From an uncultured Chloroflexia bacterium (GTDB lineage Bacteria > Chloroflexota > Limnocylindria > QHBO01): a stretch of 64,000 bases of DNA. The translations under genes were made by a program, and so were the position numbers. Shown in pieces: positions 56,105-64,000 of this stretch; within the stretch, counting starts at the first letter, position 1, and every line of letters begins with the position of its first letter. Where the stretch lies: the NCBI GenBank assembly GCA_963843015.1, contig CAWJIR010000011.1:16-64015 (forward strand), given 5' to 3'. The notes under the pieces are model-generated. The model had not been told where the DNA came from, searched no databases, and worked only from the letters and a program-made list of their open reading frames with translations.

Positions 56105-56945
56105 GCGCACCAGCGACCGCCGCTCGAGCGACTGCGCGAGCGGCGCGATCAGCTCGGGGCGCCGCTGTGCCTCGGCATCGACCCGCGCCCCGAGTCACGC
56201 TTCCCGATGGCCTGGCGCCGGACGCGCAGGGGATCGAGACGTTCGCCCGCGGGCTGATCGAGGCCGGCGCCGACGGTCGCGGTCGCCGTCAAGCTCAACA
56301 CGGCCTACTTCGAGGCGTTCGGCTCGGCTGGATGGGCGGCCCTCGAGCGCGTGCGGGCCGCGATTCCGTCCGGCCCGATCGTCATCATCGACGCGAAGCG
56401 CGGCGACATCGGTCCGTCCGCCGAGCGGTACGCGGAAGCCCTCATGGGCCGCCTCCGGCCGATGCGGTCACCCTCCAGCCGTACCTCGGCGAGGACGCGA
56501 TCGAGCCGTTCCTCGCCTACCCCGGCCGCCTGGTCTACGTGCTCGCCCGGACGTCGAACCCCAGCGCCGGGCAGCTCCAGGACCTGCGTCGTCGGACGGC
56601 GTGGCCGCTGTCCGCGGTCGTTGCGCGCTGGGCGGCGGACCGCTGGCCCGACGGGCGGGTGGGGCTCGTGGTCGGGAGCCACCGAGCCCGACGAGCTGGC
56701 GCGCCTGCGGGCCGAGGTTCCGGCGCTCGGCTTCCTCGTCCCCGGCGTGGGCGCGCAGGGCGGCGACCTGGCCGTCGGCCGTCCGATTCTGTGACGGGTC
56801 CGCGGCCCCCGGCCTGGTCAACGTGTCGCGCGGCATCGCGGAGGCGGCCATCGGGCCCGACTGGCGCGACGCGGCCGCGGCCGCCGCCCAGGCGCTGGCT
56901 GGACGACCTGCGGAAGGCGGTGCTACACTCGGCGCCACCAGCTGA
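56101..56945 (+). CDS. pyrF: orotidine-5'-phosphate decarboxylase (type 2), heavily frameshifted
   Basis: [57 protein letters not shown]. The 3' end is uncertain. Confidence 0.8.
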
Positions 56946-56962
56946 GGAGAGTCGGCCGCAAG

Positions 56963-57154
56963 ATGCCAACCATCGGAGCCCCCGAGCTCATCATCGTCCT
57001 GGTGATCGTGCTGATCCTGTTCGGGCCCGGTCGGCTGCCGGACATCGGCAACGCCATCGGGAAGGGGATCCGCGAGTTCCGGAAGGCCTCATCGGAGATC
57101 GAGGACTCGATCCGCGGCGAGCCGAAGTCGCCCGACACCACTCCGAAGAGCTGA
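56963..57154 (+). CDS. tatA: twin-arginine translocase subunit TatA/E
   Basis: Intact 63 aa: [47 protein letters not shown] lies ~10 nt upstream. Confidence 0.92.
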   Translation: MPTIGAPELIIVLVIVLILFGPGRLPDIGNAIGKGIREFRKASSEIEDSIRGEPKSPDTTPKS

Positions 57155-57191
57155 CCGCCCGCCCCGCGACGCCCCGGCAGCGCCTGAGCCG

Positions 57192-57936
57192 ATGAGCCAG
57201 GACGGCTCGACCATGACCATGGTCGAGCACCTCGAGGAGCTGCGCCGCCGACTGATGGTCGTCATCGCGGCCATCGCCATCGCCGCGATCCTGGGCTTCC
57301 TCGTCTCGGGACCCGTGCTCGACCTTCTCCGCCAGCCGCTCCCCGACGAATTCGACACCCTCTTCTTCACCAGCCCTGCCGGCGCCTTCGTCGCCCAGCT
57401 CAAGATCGCCGCCTTCATCGGTATCGCGCTCGCCATGCCCGTGATCCTGTACGAGCTCTGGCGGTTCGTGACGCCGGGGCTGCTGCCCGGCGAGCGGCGC
57501 CTCCTCTGGCCGTTCCTCCTCGTCGGCGGTCGTGCTGTTCGTCCTCGGGGTCGTCATCGGCTATCTCGTCCTGCCCTACGCGCTCACGTTCCTGTTCGGG
57601 TTCGCCCGCGAGGGCGTGCGAGCCGCTGCCGACGATCGAGGAGTACATCGGGTTCGTCACGACCCTGCTGCTCGTCTTCGGGCTGATGCTCCAGTTCCCG
57701 GTCGTGCTCTTCGTCCTGTCGCGGCTGGGGATCGTGACGCCGGCGTGGCTGGCTTCGCGGCGGCGGTGGGCGATCCTGCTGATCGCCATCGTGTCGCGGT
57801 GGCCACGCCGGGCGGTGACCCGTTCTCGATGGTCGTCCTGGCGCTGTTCATGTACGGCCTGTTCGAGGGGACCCTGGTCGTCATTCGGGCCGTCCAGCGC
57901 AGGGACCGTCAGCCCACGACCGATGTCGACCCGTGA
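57192..57936 (+). CDS. tatC: twin-arginine translocase subunit TatC (frameshifted)
   Basis: MVEHLEELRRRL, YELWRFVTPGL, FPVVLFVLSRLGIVT. There are 3 frame switches. Confidence 0.9.
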
Positions 57937-58940
57937 CGGGACTCGCGGAGCACGATACCCGCGGTGGCACGGCGACCGTTCTCCTCCTGACCGATCCGGC
58001 CCATCGCGCCCACGCCGTGGCCCGGGCATCCCGAGCGGCCCGAGCGGGTCGATGCCGTGGCCGACGGCGTCCGCGACGGCGCGACGGCGGCCGGCGGCGA
58101 GGCTCGTCGAGCGCGGCGCGGAACCGATCTCGCCTCGAGAGGCGGCCGCGGTCCATGACCGCTCGTACCTCGAGTGGCTGGCGGCACGCGACGGCGATGG
58201 CGGCGGATGGCTGGACCCGGACACCTATGTCGTCGCCGGGTTCGTGGCACGCGGCGCGGATGGCGGCCGGGATTGACCGTCGCGGCGGTCGACGCCGTGG
58301 CAGGCGGGCGACGCGACGGTGGCGTTCGCGGCGGTTCGTCCACCGGGCCACCATGCCGGCCGCGACCGGGGAAGGGGCTTCTGCCTGCTGAACAACGTGG
58401 CCATCGCCGTGGCCAGCGCTGCGGGCACAGGGCCGGCGGGGAGCGGGTCGCCGTCCTCGACTGGGACGTCCACCACGGCGACGGCTCGGAGGAGATCTTC
58501 GGGGACGACCCGAACGTGCTGTACGCCTCGACCCACCAGTTTCCGTGGTACCCGGGCACCGGGATCCGGTGATCGGATCGGACACCGTGCTGAACGTGCC
58601 GCTCGCCGGCCGAGACCGGCGACGACGGCTTCGTCGCGGCCTGGCGCGAGCACGATCCTGCCGCGCGTCGAGGCCTTCCGACCCGATGCGATCGTGGTCT
58701 CGGCCGGCTACGACGCCCACCGCGACGATCCGCTGGCCTGGCTCGAGGTCACCGAGACGGCTTCGGCGCAGGTGGCCGAGTCGGTCGGGAGCGTCGGCCC
58801 GACGCCTGGGCCTGCGGGGCGTGGCGCTGGCCCTCGAAGGTGGCTATGACCTGGCCGCCATCCGGCAGTCGGCGGCAGCGACCATCATCGGTCTCCTCGA
58901 CGGCCTGCCACGGCACCCAGCGCGGGATGCCGGAAACGTG
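57933..58940 (+). CDS. histone deacetylase-family (acetoin utilisation/AcuC-like) deacetylase, heavily frameshifted
   Basis: GTGA overlaps the tatC stop. Motifs: HPERPER, RPPGHHA, GFCLLNNVAIA, VLDWDVHHGDG, STHQFPWYPGTG, LEGGYDL. Confidence 0.85.
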
Positions 58941-58944
58941 ACGG

Positions 58945-58950
58945 CTATAC
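58945..58950 (+). promoter_or_regulatory. -10 hexamer TATACT, 7 nt upstream of GTG-58958
   Basis: Leaderless-type arrangement in front of the truncated rapZ homologue. Confidence 0.5.
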
Positions 58951-58957
58951 TCGGTTC

Positions 58958-59457
58958 GGTGTCGTCCCGACGGGCCTCCGTGGCTCCCGCAGATCGCCCG
59001 ACGCGGCGCTCTCGGCCGCGCCGCTCGCCGACCGTGCCCGCCGCGCCGTCCGCGAAACCGGCGCCGCAAGCACCGCCGCCCGCCGCTGGCCGTCGAAATC
59101 GTGACATTCGGCTTCAAGTACGGCCTCCCGCAGAAGGCCGATCTCGTGTTCGACGTCCGGTTCCTGACGAACCCGTTCTGGGTTCCGGACCTCAAGCCGC
59201 TGTCGGGGCTGTCGGCCCCGGTGCGCCAGTACGTCCTCGAGCAGCCCCAGGCCGGTCGCTTCCTCGACCTCGTGGTCCAGCTGCTGGAGCTGACCGTGCC
59301 GGCCTACCGGGCCGCCGGGCGGGAGCGGCTCGTGGTCGCCCTCGGCTGCACCGGCGGCTACCACCGCTCGATCGCGCTGGCCGAGGAGCTGGCCGGCCGG
59401 CTGGGCGGACTCGACGACGCTTCGGTCACCGTCATCCACCGGGAGCTGCGCCGATGA
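58958..59457 (+). CDS. rapZ: RapZ/YvcJ homologue consisting of the C-terminal domain only (no P-loop region found)
   Basis: ORF 59101..59457 reads TFGFKYGLPQKADLVFDVRFLTNPFWVPDL...GCTGGYHRSIALAEEL. Only ~143 nt separate it from the promoter/HDAC stop, and that stretch has no GxxGxGKS in any frame. Confidence 0.7.
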
Positions 59458-60770
59458 ATGGCCCGCGATTGCCGCGCTGGCTCTACCCGGGCATGCACAT
59501 CAAGCGCTGGATCGGCACGCTGCTGGTCGGGCTCACCATCCTGGCCCTCGGTGCCGCAATCCTGCTCATCGAGCTGTACCGCCGGGCCATCATCGAGTAC
59601 CCGGAGCTCGCCGCTGCCTGGGCGCGGAGCTGGAGCGAGAGATGCGGGCGGCGATCGTGATCACGGTCGGGGTGCTGCTCACCGGGTTCGGGCTGTGGAA
59701 GCTCATGAACAGCGTCGTCTCGCCATTCGTCTCGCGCGGTGACTCGGTGATGGAGGTGCTGTACACCAAGCGCTACCTGGCGCGAGGTCCGCGGATCGTG
59801 GCCCTCGGCGGCGGCACCGGGCTGTCGACCCTGCTGCGCGGGCTGAAGGCGTACTCGGCCAACATCACCGCCGTCGTCGGGGTGGCCGATGACGGCGGGA
59901 GCAGCGGCCGGCTGCGCCAGCAGCTGGGCATCGTCCCGCCGGGCGACATCCGCAACTGCATCGCCGCCCTGGCCGATGCCGAGCCGCTCATGACCCAGCT
60001 CATGCAGTACCGATTCCCGCCCGGGTCGGGCCTGGATGACCACGCGTTCGGCAACCTGTTCATCGCGGCCATGACCGCGGTCACCGGCGACTTCGACGAG
60101 GCGGTTCGGGAGTCGAACCGCGTCCTCGCCGTGCGCGGGCAGGTCCTGCCGGCGACGAGCGTCCCGTTGAACCTCACCGCGCGGCTGGCATCGGGGCGGT
60201 TCGTGAGTGGCCAGGCGGCGGTGAGCACCGTGACGGAGCCGATCGCGCGGGTCCAGATTGACCCGGCCGACGTCCGCGCCAACCCCGAGGCGATTGAGCG
60301 GATCCTCGAGGCGGACCTCATCGTCATCGGTCCCGGCAGCCTGTACTCGAGCGTCCTGCCGAACCTGCTATCAGCGACATCCACGATGCCGTGTCCGCGG
60401 CCGAGGGCCTCCGGGTGTACGTCTGCAACGTCGCCACCCAGCCGGGCGAGACGGGCGGCTACACCGCGTCGCAGCACCTGACCGCCCTGTTCGACCACGC
60501 CGGCGACGAGCTCGTCGACATGGTCCTCCTGAACCGAGAACCGCGACGCGCGCCGCCCGGGCGGATGGCAGGGCCAGCCGGTCCAGCTCGACACGCGCCA
60601 GCTCGAGGAGCTGCCGGTGGTGGTCGTCGAGGACGACGTCGTCGACGATCAGAACGCCCATCACCACGATCCCGACAAGCTGGCCGCGGTCCTGCTCCGC
60701 CTGCTCCAGGACGACCGTCCACGCCCGCCAGCGCCAGCGCATCCGGCGACCGGTGGCCACGGCCAGCTGA
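59454..60770 (+). CDS. yvcK: YvcK/CuvA-family gluconeogenesis factor (CofD-like, UPF0052), frameshifted
   Basis: ATGA overlaps the rapZ stop. There are N-terminal TM segments. Motifs: VALGGGTGLSTLLRGLK, VVGVADDGGSSGRLR, IVIGPGSLYSSVLPNLL. Confidence 0.88.
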
Positions 60771-60777
60771 CGCGGGG

Positions 60778-61605
60778 ATGCGGCCTGCGCCGAGACGTCA
60801 AGGGAGAGCTGGCTCGCATCGAGCCGGCGCGGGCCTGCTGCCGGGAGGCCGAGCTGGCCGGGCTGCGGTTCGCGGACGGAGCGATCACGACGCTCGACCC
60901 GTCCACCGTCCGGGTCGCCGTCCGGCTCGGCGCCGGCCGGGCCGTGCCCCGGTCGGCGGATCGCGGATCGCCGGGACGCGCCACCACCTCGCCGTCGAGC
61001 GCGGCCGACCGGCAGCCTCGCCGCGTGGAGCTGGTCCACGGCCGCGGACTGCGATCGGCGGGCGTTCCTGCGCGGCGTCGTCCTCGGCTCGGCTCGATCT
61101 CGTTCGGGCGGACCGGGCCGCACGTCGAGTTCGTGTTCCGCACCGACCGCAGGCGCGGACCCTCCAGCGGCGCCTGGCGGCCGAGCGGGATTCGCTCGGC
61201 GTCGTACGAGCGGCGCGGCCGGACCGTCGTGGCTACCTCACCGGTCGGGAGCAGTCGCGTCCCTCCTGCAGCTGACCGGGGCCCACGGCGCGCTGCTCGA
61301 GCTCGAGTCCGAGCAGGTGGGCCACGACGTCCAGAACCGGCTGAACCGGCTCCTGAATGCCGAGGCGGCGAACGTGAACCGGACGGTGCGCGCCGCCGAG
61401 CGCCAGGTCGCGGGCCATCGAGCGGCTGGCAGGCACCGGGCGGCTCGACGACCTGCCGCCGGGCCTGCGGGCCGTGGCCGATGCCCGACGAGCCCATCCC
61501 GAAGCCGATCTGGAGGCGCTCGCCGGCGAGCTCCAGCTGGGCCGGTCGGCGGTCCACCACCGCCTCCGGCGGATCGAGCAGCTCGCCGCGATTGAGGCGC
61601 CATGA
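60778..61605 (+). CDS. whiA: DNA-binding sporulation/cell-division regulator WhiA (heavily frameshifted)
   Basis: DVKGELARIEPARACCREAELAGLRF, RRAFLRGVVLGS, GAHGALLELE, NRLLNAEAANVNRTVRAAERQV and C-terminal HTH LQLGRSAVHHRLRRIEQLA. Confidence 0.85.
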
Positions 61606-62375
61606 CCGATGCCGGCCGGCGGCCGCTCGTCGCCGGCAACTGGAAGATGAACCCGCCCGGCCGGCGGCGGCCGGAGCCCTGGCCCGCGAGGTCGCGCGGC
61701 GCACGCCACGACCGCCGGACGGCGGTCGACGTCGTCGTCTGCCCGCCGGCCATCTGGCTCGGCGCCGTCGCGTCTGCGCTGGATGGGACCGCGGTGAAGG
61801 TCGGGGCGCAGAACATGGATGCCAGGAGAGCGGGGCCTACACCGGCGAGATCTCGCCGCTGATGCTGGTCGGGATCGCCGAGTACGTGATCGTCGGCCAC
61901 TCGGAGCGGCGTCGGCTGTTCGGCGAGACCGATGACGCGGTGGCGGCAAGGTCGCGAGCGCGGTCGCCCACGGGCTGGTCCCGATCGCGGCGGTGGGCGA
62001 AACGGCCGACGAGCGGCGCGGCGGGCGACACCGAACGCGTGATCGAGCGCCAGGTCCGGGCGGTCGTGTCGGGACTCGACCGGGTGCCCGGCAGCGGGCT
62101 GGTCGTCGCGTACGAGCCGGTGTGGGCCATCGGGACCGGCGACGCGGCGTCCGGCGACCGATGCGCAGGCCGGGGCCGCACAGATCCGCGCGCCTCCTGG
62201 CCGGCCTCGACCCGGACGGTGCGGCCGAGGTGCGCATCCTCTACGGCGGCAGCGTGGCGCCAGACCGTGCCGCGTCAGTGCCTCGCCGGGTCCGGACGTC
62301 GACGGCGCGCTCGTCGGCGGAGCTTCGCTCGACGCCGCAGCGTTCGCGGCCATCGTCCGGGCCGCAGCACCGTGA
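61602..62375 (+). CDS. tpiA: triose-phosphate isomerase (frameshifted)
   Basis: ATGA overlaps the whiA stop. Motifs: VAGNWKMN, YTGEISPLML, VIVGHSERR, AYEPVWAIGTG, ILYGGSV, VDGALVGGASL. Confidence 0.92.
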
Positions 62376-62388
62376 GCCGCCGGCCCTG

Positions 62389-63938
62389 ATGGCCGGCGTC
62401 CGGCCCGTCGTGCTCTGCGTCCTCGACGGCTTCGGCATCGGTGACGATCCGGCGGTGGACGCGATGGCTGCCGCGGACATGCCGAACTGGCGCCGGCTGC
62501 TCGCCGAGTGGCCGCACTGCCCGGCTGCGGGCGGCGGGCGAGGCGGTCGGCCTGCCGCCGGGCCAGATGGGCAACAGCGAGGTGGGCCACCTCAACCTCG
62601 GCGCCGGCTTCCACGTCCTCCAGGACCTGCCGCGGATCAACGCCGCCATCGCCGACGGATCTTCGCCGCCAACCCGGCCCTGGTCGCCGCCTGCCGCCAC
62701 GCCTCGATCGCGGCGGGCGGCTCCATCTGCTGGGCCTCATCGGCCCCGGCGGGATCCACGCCCATGACGACCACATGGTGGCCATGGCCGAGCTCGCGCA
62801 GCGACCAGGGCCTCGCGCCGGACCGCGTCCTGCTGCATGCCTTCACCGATGGGCGTGACACGCCGCCCCGATCGGCCGACAGCCTGCTGCCGGCACTGCT
62901 GGCCCGGCTCGCCGGCCGAGCCACCCTCGCCACGGTCAGCGGTCGCTACTGGGCCATGGACCGCGACGGCCGCTGGGATCGAACCCGGCGCGCCTACGAG
63001 GCCATCGTCCATGGTTCGGGCGGCGTGGCCGAATCGGGGGCGGAGGCCGTCCGATCGGCCTACGCGCGCGACATCGGCGACGAGTTCATCGAGCCCACGG
63101 TCGTCCGCCCCGAGGGCGCGGTCGGGGCCGGTGATGCCCTCGTCCACCTGAACTTCCGCGCCGATCGGGCGCGGCAGCTGACCCAGGCACTGGCGCTCGA
63201 CGAGTTCGACCACTTCGATCGCGGCTGGCGCCAACGGACCTGCTGGTGACGACCCTGACCGAGTACGAGGATCCGACGACCTGCCGGTGGCGGTCGCCTT
63301 CGCCGCCGCCGTCGCCGACGGGCTGGCCGCCCACCTGTCGCGGCTCGGGATCCGCCAGCTGCACCTGGCCGAGACGGAGAAGTACGCCCACGTCACGTAC
63401 TTCTTCAACGGCGGCGTCGAGGAGCCGTTCCCCGGGCGAGGAGCGCATGCTGGTTCCGTCACGACGGGACGTCGCGACCTACGACCTGGCCCCGGCGATG
63501 AGCGCCGAACCGATCACCGACCGCCTCGAGGCGGCCGTCGCGGGCGGGGCGTACGGGTTCATCGTCGTCAACTACGCCAACCCGGACATGGTCGGCCACA
63601 CCGGCGGCTGGGACGCCGCCGATCGCGGCGCTCGAGATCACCGACGCCTGCCTCGGCCGGGTGAGCAGCTGCGGTCCTGCGCCGCCGGCGGTGCGCTGCT
63701 CATCACCGCCGACCACGGCAACGTCGAGCGGATGCGCGACGCCGACGGCGGGCCGCACACCGCGCACACCACCGCCGACGTCCCGTTCGTGCTCGTCGGG
63801 GAGGCGTGGCGCGGCCGGCACCTGCGCGACGGGACCTGGCCGACGTCGCGCCGACGATCTGCGCCCTGCTGGGCATCCCGATCGGGCCAGCACATGACCG
63901 GGCGCAGCCTGCTCGTCGATTCCGGCCGCGACCAGTGA
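62389..63938 (+). CDS. gpmI: 2,3-bisphosphoglycerate-independent phosphoglycerate mutase (frameshifted)
   Basis: [73 protein letters not shown]. Confidence 0.9.
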
Positions 63939-63961
63939 ACCGCGCCTATACTGCCGCCCGC

Positions 63962-64000
63962 ATGAACGCCCTCACCCTCGTCCAGATCCATCCTGGCCGT
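63962..64000 (+). CDS. start of a small gene (possibly secG), truncated by the window end
   Basis: TATACT at 63947-63952 lies 9 nt before ATG-63962. The position after tpiA/gpmI fits secG synteny in Actinomycetota. Only 13 codons are visible. Confidence 0.25.
   Translation, partial: MNALTLVQIHPGR

Overview
This is a high-GC (about 70%) bacterial chromosomal window dominated by housekeeping and DNA-repair genes. The order is gatB, dnaE, polA-fpg-coaE-uvrB, uvrA, uvrC-rapZ-yvcK-whiA-tpiA-gpmI, with secDF, recJ, pyrF and tatAC interspersed. That synteny, together with many apparently leaderless genes (an A/T-rich TANNNT hexamer 6-9 nt upstream of the start codon), points to an Actinomycetota-like or related Terrabacteria genome, probably a MAG. 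This placement is inference only. Three caveats and highlights follow. (1) Almost every gene longer than 1 kb is broken by apparent +1/-1 frame switches. I reconstructed genes by stitching ORF-track fragments by eye. Because essential genes are hit, this looks like indel sequencing error rather than biology, so all ends and frameshift positions are approximate. (2) The first ~600 bp encode a proteobacterial-type Pal lipoprotein with a strong SD and different codon usage, which suggests a chimeric join or a foreign fragment. (3) The most interesting locus is 28.2-33.4 kb. It holds an intact tRNA-Leu(CAA) whose 3' 30 nt are exactly repeated 3.8 kb away, an att-like signature. The repeats enclose four intact accessory genes and no integrase: a degenerate Nudix protein, a Zn-ribbon/TM/thrombospondin-type-3-repeat protein, a RibD_C reductase and an SH3-like lipoprotein. 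On the other side of the tRNA, a ~45-55 nt duplication of the ECF sigma-factor promoter and 5' end brackets a secreted-protein gene. I saw no CRISPR array, rRNA, transposase, integrase or recognisable defence system.
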